Assembly (NCBI GenBank): GCA_038997305.1
Contig: JAWAZZ010000004.1
Location: forward strand, 1 to 53,712
Source of the DNA: Candidatus Aenigmatarchaeota archaeon
GTDB lineage: Archaea; Aenigmatarchaeota; Aenigmatarchaeia; CG10238-14; SpSt-28
Direction of reading: 5' to 3'
Length of the DNA stretch: 53,712 nucleotides
Position numbers and translations under genes: made by a program. How positions within the stretch are numbered: position 1 is the first letter of the stretch; every line of letters begins with the position of its first letter. This document shows positions 9,623 to 19,489 of this stretch, one piece after another. The notes under the pieces were generated by a model that saw only the letters and a program-made list of their open reading frames with translations, did no database searches and was not told where the DNA came from.

Positions 9623-11371
9623 ATGAAAAAGAGAATTGCAGTAATTGACAGAGAGCTTTGCAGATTTGATAAATGCGGAATGCCTTGCATAGTTAAATGT
9701 CCTGTTATGATAAATAACAGAAAAGCTGTTTACTTCGATGAAGAAAAAAAGTTAATAATAATTGATGAAAATGATTGTATTGGTTGCGGAATTTGTATAA
9801 AAGTTTGTCCATTTGATGCAATAAGAATAATAAACTTTCCTAAACCTTTAGATCAAAACCCAATTCATAGATTTGGAATAAATGGTTTCGAACTCTATAA
9901 TTTACCTTTTCCTATAGAAAATAAAATTGTAGGAATAATTGGCCCGAATGGAATTGGAAAGACTTCCGCTATAAGAATTTTAATTGGTGAAATAAAACCT
10001 AATTTTGGCGAAGTAGGAAAAGAGCATGACATATCAGAATTAATAAAAATATTCAGAGGTAAAGAAATTCAAACTTATTTAGAAAAACTAAGAGAAAATA
10101 AAATTAAACTTTCTTATAAACCTCAAAGAGTAGATTTGATACCAAAAATAATAAAAGGAAAAGTTAAAGAAGTAATTGAAAAAATGGAAGAAAAAGATAA
10201 AATAACTTCAATTCTAAAAGAATTTAATATAGATTTATTAGAAAAGAATGTAGAAAATCTTAGTGGTGGAGAATTACAACTTCTAGCTATTGCAATTGCC
10301 CTATCAAAAAATTTTGATTTTTGCTATTTAGATGAGCCAACAACATTTTTAGATGTTTCTCAAAGATTTAAGCTTATAGATTTTTTAAGAAAATACCTAG
10401 AAGGAAAATCTACAATAATTGTTGATCATGATATTGCATTCTTAGATGCTTTATGTGATTATATTCACATTTTCTATGGAATACCTTCAATTTATGGAAT
10501 TGTCAGCAACTTAATGAGTTCGAGAGTTGGAATAAATAGTTTTTTTGATGGTTATATAAAAGAAGAAAACATAAGATTTAGAGATTATTCTATAAGCTTC
10601 GAAAAATCTCAACAGATTCAACCAAAAAAGGAAATCTTACTAAAGATTGAAAACTTCCAAATAAAATTAAATTCTTTTGAACTAAAAGTTGAAAATTTTG
10701 AAATAAGAAAAAAGGAGATTGTTGGAGTAATAGGCGCTAATGCCTTAGGTAAAACAACTTTTGCAAAAGTTCTCAGCAAAGAAATAAATAGTAACTTAGA
10801 TTTAAAGATTTCAGTATCTTATAAACCGCAATTCATTAACATAGAATTCGATGGAACTGTTGAAGAATATCTAAATTCTATTAAAAAAATTAGCGAGGAT
10901 GAAAAAAGAGATTTGATAAATGCGCTAAATCTTCAAAGGCTTTTATTAAAAAATATAAAAAATCTTAGTGGTGGAGAATTGCAAAGAGTTGCGATAGCTG
11001 CTTGCTTACTCAAAGATGCAGATTTATATATATTAGATGAACCATCAGCATTTCTAGATGTAGAAGAAAGAGCATCCCTAATAAAAAATCTAAAGAACTT
11101 CATAGAAAACAAAGAAAAGAGTTTCTTAATAATCGATCACGACATTACTTTTATTTCTTACATTTCGCATAGAATTCTTTTGTTCAAAGGTGTTTCCGGA
11201 AAATATGGTGTTGCTAGAATGTATGAACTAAAAGAAGGGATTAATGAATTTCTTAAAGATTTTAACATAACTTTTAGAAAAGATAAAGAATCTAATAGGC
11301 CAAGAATTAATAAATTAAATTCAAAAATCGATAGAGAACAAAAAGAAAAAGGAGTTTATTTCGATATTTAA
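9623..11371 (+). CDS. rli: ABCE1/RLI ribosome recycling ATPase
   Basis: N-terminal FeS cysteines (C..C..C..CP, CIGCGICIKVCP), two NBDs with LSGGELQ, C-terminal RPRINK..DREQK. Confidence 0.96.
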   Translation: MKKRIAVIDRELCRFDKCGMPCIVKCPVMINNRKAVYFDEEKKLIIIDENDCIGCGICIKVCPFDAIRIINFPKPLDQNPIHRFGINGFELYNLPFPIENKIVGIIGPNGIGKTSAIRILIGEIKPNFGEVGKEHDISELIKIFRGKEIQTYLEKLRENKIKLSYKPQRVDLIPKIIKGKVKEVIEKMEEKDKITSILKEFNIDLLEKNVENLSGGELQLLAIAIALSKNFDFCYLDEPTTFLDVSQRFKLIDFLRKYLEGKSTIIVDHDIAFLDALCDYIHIFYGIPSIYGIVSNLMSSRVGINSFFDGYIKEENIRFRDYSISFEKSQQIQPKKEILLKIENFQIKLNSFELKVENFEIRKKEIVGVIGANALGKTTFAKVLSKEINSNLDLKISVSYKPQFINIEFDGTVEEYLNSIKKISEDEKRDLINALNLQRLLLKNIKNLSGGELQRVAIAACLLKDADLYILDEPSAFLDVEERASLIKNLKNFIENKEKSFLIIDHDITFISYISHRILLFKGVSGKYGVARMYELKEGINEFLKDFNITFRKDKESNRPRINKLNSKIDREQKEKGVYFDI

Positions 11372-11392
11372 CTTTTTTAAACAACTAAAATT

Positions 11393-12025
11393 ATGGTTAA
11401 GATATCGAGTTTAAAAGAGAGTAGAGATTTGAAAAGATTTTTGACAACAATAATTCTAACAGTAGCTCTAAGTTTAATTTATTTTAATTTGTTTAAACTT
11501 TTGGAAACTCCAAAAATAAATGAAATTAATAAGTTTGAAATATCTCAAGCATTTATTTGGATTGATAATGCTCAAAGAGTAAGAAACAGTAGCTATTTCT
11601 ATATTGAAAGAACTATTGAATATTCTATTTCTTATCCTTACATAGTTAGAAAGCCTTATTATTGCTACGAATTACCAAAAGAGTATAAATACTTTTCCAA
11701 AAGTTATGAAGAATTGCAAGTTTCTTATATAGACAATAAAGTTTGCTTACCTTCTCAAATTGACGAATTTATTGCAAAAAGCTATGAAATAAAAAAAGAA
11801 TTAGATTTTGTAAGAATAATGAAAGTTGAAAATGAATATAAAATCTATATTAAAAACTTTTATAATTTTCCGATGAATTTAGATTTAAGAATAGATGTTG
11901 AAAAATTAGTTGGACATAAGGCTAATATATATAGAGAAAATATTCTAATTTCTGAAAATGTTTCAATATTCTTCGATTCTAAAGTTATAGCTCCATATTC
12001 TAGTTTAGAATATGAAATTAGATAA
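11393..12025 (+). CDS. Hypothetical membrane-anchored protein
   Basis: 210-aa ORF with a single N-terminal hydrophobic segment, fills the gap between rli and tmcA. No motif recognised. Confidence 0.65.
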   Translation: MVKISSLKESRDLKRFLTTIILTVALSLIYFNLFKLLETPKINEINKFEISQAFIWIDNAQRVRNSSYFYIERTIEYSISYPYIVRKPYYCYELPKEYKYFSKSYEELQVSYIDNKVCLPSQIDEFIAKSYEIKKELDFVRIMKVENEYKIYIKNFYNFPMNLDLRIDVEKLVGHKANIYRENILISENVSIFFDSKVIAPYSSLEYEIR

Positions 12026-14243
12026 TGTAATAGAAATTATCAAAGAGCTAAAAAAAGAAGCAAAAGAACAATTTGAAAGGAGAATTGTTGCAATATTTAC
12101 AGATAAAAAGTTAGAAGAGTTAAAACCTATATTTAAGATTTTAGAGGGTAAAAATTCTATTTTCGTTAGCTATGAAAAATTAGATTTAGAATTTTACTAT
12201 TTAGAATTTAAAGATTCTAAAAAAGTTCTTGGTCAAACATTTGATAACGCAATAATAGACATGAGAGAAAATATACATCCAGATGATATTGGAAGAATTG
12301 TTGATAGTGTTAGAGGTGGAGGAATAATAATTTTTATTTTTAGAAAATTTGACGAATTTTTAAACTATCTTCATAACTTTAAGAAAAATCTTATTTACGG
12401 AATAAATTTGGAGCCAAGAAATTTGTTTGAAGAAAGAATTTTAAAAAAATTGGAAGAAGGAAAACCAATAAGTATTATAAGAATCGAGAATGATGATGTA
12501 AAAATTCTGAAGTTGGGAAGTATAAAAAAGGATAAGTTTTCTAAGAAATCCTTGTTTATCCCAAAATCTAAAGCTCCAAAAAAGTTACTTCGCTTATGTA
12601 AAACTCAAGATCAAATAAATGTCATAAATAATTTAATAGATTTTCTTGAAAGCAACAAAAAGGTTTTCATACTAAAAGCAAATAGAGGTAGAGGAAAATC
12701 CGCAAGTTTGGGGCTATTTGTTTCATATTTATTCTACAAATTCGAAAAAGAAAAAAGAAGAATTAAAATAAGCATATGTGCATTAGAAAAAGAAAATGTT
12801 AAAGTTTTATATGAATTTCTAGTTTTAGGATTAAAAACTCTAAATATAAAGTTCAAAAAAGAAGATATGAAAATAAAATCTAATTTTTGCTATGTAGAAT
12901 ATAACGAACCAATAAAAGTTTTAGATGGAAAATTCGATATAGTAATTACTGATGAAGCTGCTGCAATATCTACAAATCTGTTAATTAGAATTGCAAAAAA
13001 TTTCGATAAATGCATATTTTCTTCTACTATCCATGGCTACGAAGGTTCTGGAAGAAGTTTTGGAATAAAGTTTAGAGAATTTTTACAAGAGGAAAAAATA
13101 GAAAGCGAAGAATATGAAATGAAAGAACCCATAAGATATTCAGAAGACGACGAAGTTGAAAAATGGATTTTTGATTTATTGCTATTAAATAGCGAACCTG
13201 CAGACTTAGAAAAAGAAGATTTGATGAAAATTTGGAAAAACGAATATGAATATTTAAAAGTTGATGTAGAAAAAGTTTTTAAAGATGAGGAATTATTAAG
13301 AAACTTTTTCGGAATTTATGTTATTGCACATTACAGAAATAGACCTAGAGATTTGGGAATTTTAGCAGATGCGCCACATCATTTTGTAAGATTAACAGTT
13401 ATAAAAGATACTAAAAAAGTTTTGAATGCATTGCATTTATGCTACGAAGGAGATTTAAGTGATGAACTAATAAACTTAATATTGGAAAAAGGAGCAAAAG
13501 AAGTTTATGGAAACATAATTCCAGGAATTCTTTTAAGGCACTATAGAGAAAAAGAAATTGCAAAACTTAAGGGAATAAGAATTGTAAGAATTGCTACCCA
13601 TCCACAAATTTTTGGTTTGGGAATTGGAAGCTATGCGTTAAAGATGCTTGAAGAGGAATTTAAAGACAAAGTTGATTATATTGGAACTGTTTTTGGAATT
13701 TCTCCAAAACTAGCAAAGTTTTGGATTAAAAATGGATTTATTCCTTTACATATCTCAGCACAAAGAAATCAAACTAGTGGCGAATATAGCACAATATGGG
13801 TTAAACCTCTAAACGAAAAGGCCAAAGAAATAATAAACAAAATATATTTTGAATTTAAACTAAGAGTTATTAACGCACTAAGCGATGCCTACTACGATAT
13901 TGAATTAGATAGTGCTTACTATCTTCTAAGCTTTCCTATAAGTTCTACATACTTTCCTATTTTAACTCACAATCAAATAAAAAGAATAGACGCTTTTTAT
14001 AAAGACTTATTACCATATGAAACTGTCTCAGATGTTGTAAAAGAAATTGCTAAATTTTTCTTTTTAACCGAATTTCAAAAAGAATTGAATGAGTTCGAGC
14101 AAAAACTTTTGATTGGAAAATTATTTTTAGGTAAAGGATGGAAAAAGCTAAGCATGGATTTGAAAAAACAATCCATAACACAAGATTTCAGAAATTTAAT
14201 TAAAAAAATGTGGGAAAAATTAAAACCTTTATTTGAAATATAA
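12012..14243 (+). CDS. tmcA: TmcA/Nat10 RNA cytidine acetyltransferase
   Basis: ANRGRGKSA, DEAAAI, STIHGYEGSGR, EPIRY, AHYRNRPRDL..DAPHH, RIVRIATHP GNAT domain. Confidence 0.95.
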   Translation: MKLDNVIEIIKELKKEAKEQFERRIVAIFTDKKLEELKPIFKILEGKNSIFVSYEKLDLEFYYLEFKDSKKVLGQTFDNAIIDMRENIHPDDIGRIVDSVRGGGIIIFIFRKFDEFLNYLHNFKKNLIYGINLEPRNLFEERILKKLEEGKPISIIRIENDDVKILKLGSIKKDKFSKKSLFIPKSKAPKKLLRLCKTQDQINVINNLIDFLESNKKVFILKANRGRGKSASLGLFVSYLFYKFEKEKRRIKISICALEKENVKVLYEFLVLGLKTLNIKFKKEDMKIKSNFCYVEYNEPIKVLDGKFDIVITDEAAAISTNLLIRIAKNFDKCIFSSTIHGYEGSGRSFGIKFREFLQEEKIESEEYEMKEPIRYSEDDEVEKWIFDLLLLNSEPADLEKEDLMKIWKNEYEYLKVDVEKVFKDEELLRNFFGIYVIAHYRNRPRDLGILADAPHHFVRLTVIKDTKKVLNALHLCYEGDLSDELINLILEKGAKEVYGNIIPGILLRHYREKEIAKLKGIRIVRIATHPQIFGLGIGSYALKMLEEEFKDKVDYIGTVFGISPKLAKFWIKNGFIPLHISAQRNQTSGEYSTIWVKPLNEKAKEIINKIYFEFKLRVINALSDAYYDIELDSAYYLLSFPISSTYFPILTHNQIKRIDAFYKDLLPYETVSDVVKEIAKFFFLTEFQKELNEFEQKLLIGKLFLGKGWKKLSMDLKKQSITQDFRNLIKKMWEKLKPLFEI

Positions 14244-14271
14244 ACTATTTAAATTTAAAAAATGTATTATT

Positions 14272-14688
14272 ATGCCAGTTTGGAAAATTGTTGTAAGCGA
14301 TCCAGAAAGTAGAAAAGCATATCAAATAGAAATAGACCAATCTTTAGCACCTCAACTAATAGGTAAAAGAATTGGAGATGTAATAGATGGTAATATTATA
14401 GGTTTGCCAGGATATCAACTCCAAATAACTGGAGGAACTGACAAAGATGGTTTTCCAATGCATCCAAATATTGAAGGTAGTGTAAAGAAAAAAGTTCTTT
14501 TAAGTTCTCCCCCATGCTTTCATCCGAGAAAAAAAGGAGAGAGAAAGAAAAAAACTGTAAGAGGTAATACAATAAGTGCTGATATAGTTCAAATAAACAT
14601 GAAAATAGTCAAAAAAGGAGATAAACCATTAGAAGAATTTGAAGTAATAAAAGCATTCTTGCAAAAGAAAGCACAATCTCAACAATGA
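14272..14688 (+). CDS. rps6e: 30S ribosomal protein S6e
   Basis: KIVVSDP..LIGKRIGD..ITGGTDKDGFPM..GERKKKTVRGN. Start moved to ATG 14272 from the TTG in the track. Confidence 0.96.
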   Translation: MPVWKIVVSDPESRKAYQIEIDQSLAPQLIGKRIGDVIDGNIIGLPGYQLQITGGTDKDGFPMHPNIEGSVKKKVLLSSPPCFHPRKKGERKKKTVRGNTISADIVQINMKIVKKGDKPLEEFEVIKAFLQKKAQSQQ

Positions 14689-15899
14689 AAGAATTGCCTG
14701 AAATAAATATTGGCTTAGTTGGTCATGTAGCTCATGGAAAAACAATTTTAACAAAAGCATTAACAGGAAAGTTAACTCTTCAACATAGCGAAGAGCTAAA
14801 AAGGGGAATAACATTAAAATTGGGATATGCTGATGCAAAATTCTATAAATGTAATAACTGCAACTTTTACTTTTCAGATATATTAAATACAAAAACTTGT
14901 CCAAAATGTTTTTCTAAAGATGTAACATTTCTAAGAGCTGTAAGCTTTATCGATGCACCTGGTCACGAAACATTAATGAGTTTAGTTTTAACAGCTAGTA
15001 GTCTGATGGATGGTGCAATATTAGTTATTGCAGCAAACGAAAAATGTCCACAACCTCAAACAGAAGAACATCTCAAAGCACTAGAAATTGCAAACATAAC
15101 TAATGTTGTTATAGCACAAACAAAAATAGATTTAGTAAGAGATAAACAAAAAATATTAGAAAATTATCAACAAATTAAAAAGTTTATTGAAAACACAAAA
15201 ATAAAAAATGCTCCAATAATTCCTGTTTCAGCGCAGCTAAACATAAACATTGAATATTTAATTGAAGCAATTGAAAAATACATTCCAACTCCAGAGAGAA
15301 ACGAAAAGGATAACCCAATAATGTATGCTATAAGAAGTTTTGACGTTAATTTGCCTGGAACAAAAATAAAAGATTTAAAGGGTGCAATATTTGGTGGCAG
15401 CGTAGTGAAAGGAAAATTTAGAGAAAATGACGAAATAGAAATTAAACCTGCTGCATATCATAATGGAAAATTTATAGAACTTACTGCAAAAATTGTCGAA
15501 ATAAGAAAAAGCGGAATAAAAATAGAGGAAGCAACACCTGGAGGATTAATAGGTATTCAAACTGATTTAGATCCTAGTATTGCAAAAAATGATTCCCTAT
15601 CTGGAAGAATTATTGGATTGTTAAACGAACTACCAAAAGAAGTAAATAAGGCATCTTTCGAAATAAATTATTTGGAAAGAATAGGTTTACAAGAAAGGGA
15701 TATAAAAATAAAAGTTAATGACGTTCTTTTAATTAATGTCGGTCCACAAAGAAGTGTTGGAATTGTAAAAAATATAAAGGAAAACTTTATAGATTTAGAA
15801 TTGAGATATCCTATAGTAATTCAAAAAAATGACAGAATATTAGTTTCAAAACAAATTTCTGGAAATTGGAGATTAATAGGCTACGGAATATTTAAATAA
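14685..15899 (+). CDS. eif2g: Translation initiation factor aIF2 gamma subunit
   Basis: NIGLVGHVAHGKT, HSEELKRGITLKLGYAD, Zn knuckle, DAPGHE, PQPQTEEH, RSFDVNLPG, WRLIGYG. Confidence 0.96.
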   Translation: MKELPEINIGLVGHVAHGKTILTKALTGKLTLQHSEELKRGITLKLGYADAKFYKCNNCNFYFSDILNTKTCPKCFSKDVTFLRAVSFIDAPGHETLMSLVLTASSLMDGAILVIAANEKCPQPQTEEHLKALEIANITNVVIAQTKIDLVRDKQKILENYQQIKKFIENTKIKNAPIIPVSAQLNINIEYLIEAIEKYIPTPERNEKDNPIMYAIRSFDVNLPGTKIKDLKGAIFGGSVVKGKFRENDEIEIKPAAYHNGKFIELTAKIVEIRKSGIKIEEATPGGLIGIQTDLDPSIAKNDSLSGRIIGLLNELPKEVNKASFEINYLERIGLQERDIKIKVNDVLLINVGPQRSVGIVKNIKENFIDLELRYPIVIQKNDRILVSKQISGNWRLIGYGIFK

Positions 15900-15921
15900 A
15901 TTTATATAACATATTTTTAAT

Positions 15922-16599
15922 ATGCCCGAGATGTTACCAGAATATTTGGGATATGATAGAACAATAGCAGTTTTTAGTCCAGATGGCAGATTATTCCAAG
16001 TAGAATACGCAAAAGAAGCAGGTAAAAGAGGGCCAACCGCAATAGCATTTAGATATGATAAAGGGGTGTTAATAGCTGCCGCAAAAATTGTAGACGAACT
16101 ACAAATTCCAGAAAGCATTGAAAAAATATTTAAAATTGATGATCACATTGCTATGGTCTCTAGCGGATTAATTGCTGATGCTAGATTTTTAGCAAAAATT
16201 GCAAGATATAGAGCACAATCTTATGCCATAACGTATGACGAAAAAATTGATGTAGGAGAATTAGCAAAATATATTGGAGATGAAATGCAACAATTTACAA
16301 TGTTTGGTGGTTTAAGACCTTTTGGTACTTGGTTAATAGTTGCTGGAATAGATGTAAAAGGAAAACATGTTTTTGAAATAGAACCAAGCGGAACAATATT
16401 CGAATGGAAAGCCATTGCAATAGGTAGACAATCTGAAGCTGCAATGAAAATCTTAAGACAAAAATGGAAAGAAGATATGAATAGAGAAGATGCCATAGAT
16501 TTTGCAAAAGACGTATTGAAAAAATTAGAAAAAGACGCAATAATAGAAATTGTTTATATAGAAAAAGATGTTCCATTTACTAAATTAACAAAAGAATGA
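15922..16599 (+). CDS. psmA: Proteasome alpha subunit
   Basis: GYDRTIAVFSPDGRLFQVEYA, SGLIADAR, RPFG. Confidence 0.97.
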   Translation: MPEMLPEYLGYDRTIAVFSPDGRLFQVEYAKEAGKRGPTAIAFRYDKGVLIAAAKIVDELQIPESIEKIFKIDDHIAMVSSGLIADARFLAKIARYRAQSYAITYDEKIDVGELAKYIGDEMQQFTMFGGLRPFGTWLIVAGIDVKGKHVFEIEPSGTIFEWKAIAIGRQSEAAMKILRQKWKEDMNREDAIDFAKDVLKKLEKDAIIEIVYIEKDVPFTKLTKE

Positions 16600-16602
16600 A
16601 AC

Positions 16603-17310
16603 ATGTCTATATCTTTGGAAAAGGCTGTAGTCGCGAGATTAGAAAGAAAAGGTAATAAATTTGAAATATTAGTAGATCCTTTCAAGGCTTTTGAATTTAA
16701 ACAAGGTAAACCTTATAAAATTGAAGAAATTTTGGCAGTAAATGATATATTTAAAGATGCAAGAAAAGCTGAAAGAGTTTCTGCAAATGAATTAAAACAA
16801 TATTTTGGGACAACAGACATATACAAGATAGCAGAAGAAATCTTGAAAAATGGGGAAATTCAAATACCCACTGAATTAAAAAGAAAACTAATAGAGGAAA
16901 AAAAGAATCAGATAATAAATCTTATATCAAAAAGATTTGTTAACCCCCAAAATGGTTTGCCTCATCCACCACAAAGAATTGCATTAGCTCTAGAACAAGC
17001 AAAAGTTAATATAGATCCGTTTATAGATGCAGAAGTTCAGCTAGAAAATATAGTAAAAGAGTTAAAAAAAATTATTCCTCTAAGAATAGAATTTAGCATT
17101 CTAGAAGTAAGAATTCCTTTAAATGTTGGAAGTAAAATAATAAATGAGCTAAAAAGAATGAAAATTAATATTTTAGAAGAGAGATGGACAGAAAACTATT
17201 TATTTATTAAAATGAAAATTATTAGTGCAACAAAAGACGAAATATTTTCGCTAATGTATAAATATAGCAAAGATATAGAGATAAAAGAAGTTGGAAAAGA
17301 ACATGGCTGA
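16603..17310 (+). CDS. SBDS/Sdo1 ribosome maturation factor
   Basis: FEILVDP, IFKDARK, FGTTD, GEIQIP, NPQNGLPHPPQRI. Canonical position after psmA. Confidence 0.95.
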   Translation: MSISLEKAVVARLERKGNKFEILVDPFKAFEFKQGKPYKIEEILAVNDIFKDARKAERVSANELKQYFGTTDIYKIAEEILKNGEIQIPTELKRKLIEEKKNQIINLISKRFVNPQNGLPHPPQRIALALEQAKVNIDPFIDAEVQLENIVKELKKIIPLRIEFSILEVRIPLNVGSKIINELKRMKINILEERWTENYLFIKMKIISATKDEIFSLMYKYSKDIEIKEVGKEHG

Positions 17311-17962
17311 ACTATATGGAAAATTAGTATTACCAGGAGAAGAGGTGGAGAAAAATCAGTTTAGCTATTCTTATCAAGATAAACATATATCAAAAAAATT
17401 GTCCTTGATTTCGAAAGAAGAAAACAAAATAAAGGCCATACCACTTTCTCAAACATATTATCCAAATGTTGGAGATGAAGTTATTGGAATTATAAAAGAA
17501 GTTGAAGCTTCTGGATGGTTTGTAGATATAAATTCAATAAACTATGCATTTTTACCAATAGCAGAAGCTGTTAAAGAATTTATAGATGTTTATAGAACAG
17601 ATTTAAGCAAGATTTTAAATACTGGCGATATAATATATGCAAAAGTAATTAACGTTATAAAATATAAAATTATTCAACTCTCCATTAAGGAAAATGATTT
17701 CAAGAAATTAGATGGCGGGGGAATAATAAGCGTAAACCCTGCAAAAATCGCAAGAATTGTTGGGAAAAACAAAAGCATGATAAAATTAATTGCTGAAAAA
17801 ACTAATTGCAAAATAATTGCAGGAAAAAACGGATATATTTGGATTAAATCTAACAAAGCAGAAAATTTAATAAAAGCTATAAACGCAATAAAATTTGTTG
17901 AAAAAAATTCACACTTTAAAGGTTTGACCGAAATGGTATCTAAATACTTAGAAGAAATATGA
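17303..17962 (+). CDS. rrp4: Exosome RNA-binding subunit Rrp4
   Basis: LVLPGE, YYPNVGDEVIG..W.VDINS (S1), PAKIARIVGK..M..GKNGYIWI (KH). ATG 17303 preferred. Confidence 0.93.
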   Translation: MAELYGKLVLPGEEVEKNQFSYSYQDKHISKKLSLISKEENKIKAIPLSQTYYPNVGDEVIGIIKEVEASGWFVDINSINYAFLPIAEAVKEFIDVYRTDLSKILNTGDIIYAKVINVIKYKIIQLSIKENDFKKLDGGGIISVNPAKIARIVGKNKSMIKLIAEKTNCKIIAGKNGYIWIKSNKAENLIKAINAIKFVEKNSHFKGLTEMVSKYLEEI

Positions 17963-18675
17963 AAGCGAAAGACGTACAACTCATAAAAGATGGAAAAAGA
18001 AGTGATGGAAGAAATTTAGATGAAATAAGAGAAATAAAAATAGAAGTAGGAGTAATTCCCATTGCTAATGGAAGTGCTAAAGTATCTTTTGGAAATACAA
18101 TAGCAATAGCAGCTGTTTATGGAGCAAGAAGCTTAATGCCAAAATTTTTACAAGAAGATGATAAAGCATTAGTAAGAGTTAGATATAATATGGCTGCTTT
18201 TAGTACAGATACGAGAAAAAATCCTGGAATGGATAGGAGAAGTATTGAAATCTCCAAAGTTCTAAAAGATGCCATCGAAAATTCAATTTTTGTTAATGAA
18301 TATCCTAGAGCAGTAATAGATTGTTATGCAGAAGTTATATCTAGCGACGGATCTACAAGAGTAACATCACTAAATGCAATAAGCGTTGCACTAGCAATGG
18401 CTGGAATTTCAATGAAAGATTTGATAGTTGCTCTAACAGCAGGAAAGGCTGATGGAAATTTAGTTATAGATTTAAACCAGCTAGAAGATAACTATGGAGA
18501 GGCTGATATTTCTTTTGCTTATCTATTTGCAACCGATGAAATAGTTCTATTGCAAATGGACGGAAATCTAACTAAAGAGGAATTTTTAAAGGCATTGAAC
18601 ATGTTAAAGGAAAAAGCAAAAATAGTTTATGAAAAACAAAAAGAAGCATTAAAATCTTATATTGAAAAAACATGA
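17959..18675 (+). CDS. rrp41: Exosome catalytic subunit Rrp41
   Basis: RSDGR..EIR, GSA..GNT, RYNMAAFST, RRSIEIS, DGSTR, EDNYGEAD, LLQMDG. Confidence 0.95.
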   Translation: MKAKDVQLIKDGKRSDGRNLDEIREIKIEVGVIPIANGSAKVSFGNTIAIAAVYGARSLMPKFLQEDDKALVRVRYNMAAFSTDTRKNPGMDRRSIEISKVLKDAIENSIFVNEYPRAVIDCYAEVISSDGSTRVTSLNAISVALAMAGISMKDLIVALTAGKADGNLVIDLNQLEDNYGEADISFAYLFATDEIVLLQMDGNLTKEEFLKALNMLKEKAKIVYEKQKEALKSYIEKT

Positions 18676-19427
18676 TAAGTGAAGAAATAATTGAAAAAAT
18701 ATTGAAAGAAGGGAAAAGATTAGATGGAAGAGGATTGTTAGAATATAGAAAAATACAAATAGATAAAAATGTAATTCCAAAAGCCGAAGGAAGCGCAAGA
18801 GTTAAAATTGGTAATACAGAAGTTATTGCAGGTGTCAAAATAGAATTGGCTCAACCATTTCCAGACAATCCAAATGAGGGTATATTAGTTGTTAATGCAG
18901 AATTTCCTCCAATAGCTCATCCAACTTTTGAACCTGGACCACCAAACGAAAATGCTATAGAATTGGCTAGATTGGTTGATAGATTAGTTAGAGAGTCAAA
19001 AATGATAGACTTAGAAAAATTATTCATAGAAGAAGGAAAAGTTTATGGGGTTTTTGTAGACATACATGTTATCTCTCATGACGGTAATTTATTAGAAGCG
19101 TCTGCTTTAGCAAGTGTGGCTGCTCTACATTCTACAAAAGTTCCAAAATATGAAAACGAAAAGTTAATAAGAAACGAATTTGTCTTCGATTTACCAGTAA
19201 AATATAAGCCTGTGTACGTAACAATAGGGAAAATTGATGATAAATATATTTTAGATTTAACATATGATGAAGAAAATGTAGTAAACAATCTAATAGCTTT
19301 TGGAATAAGAGATGATGATGTTATAGTTTCTATTCAAAAATTGAAAGGAGCCTTTAAGTTTAGTGAAATGGAAAAATTAGTCGATCTAGCATTAGAAAAG
19401 TCAAAAGAAATAAGAAAATTCATATAA
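18672..19427 (+). CDS. rrp42: Exosome subunit Rrp42
   Basis: RLDGR..EYR, AEGSARVKIG.T, PFPDNPNEG, FEPGPPNENAIELARLVDR, DGNL. Confidence 0.95.
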   Translation: MISEEIIEKILKEGKRLDGRGLLEYRKIQIDKNVIPKAEGSARVKIGNTEVIAGVKIELAQPFPDNPNEGILVVNAEFPPIAHPTFEPGPPNENAIELARLVDRLVRESKMIDLEKLFIEEGKVYGVFVDIHVISHDGNLLEASALASVAALHSTKVPKYENEKLIRNEFVFDLPVKYKPVYVTIGKIDDKYILDLTYDEENVVNNLIAFGIRDDDVIVSIQKLKGAFKFSEMEKLVDLALEKSKEIRKFI

Positions 19428-19489
19428 TTAGTAATAAAATAAAGAAATAAATTTAAATCTAACTTTTACACTATTTTTATAATTTTATT

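Noticed and set aside
10255-10980. Identical 22-nt repeat aaaatcttagtggtggagaatt in ABCE1
   Set aside because: It encodes the NLSGGEL ABC signature in both NBDs and is explained by motif conservation and codon bias
14233-14271. TTG-initiated N-terminal extension of rps6e (similarly Rrp4 17291-17302)
   Set aside because: Downstream ATGs match the family N-termini, and the extensions overlap upstream genes or TATA-like sequence
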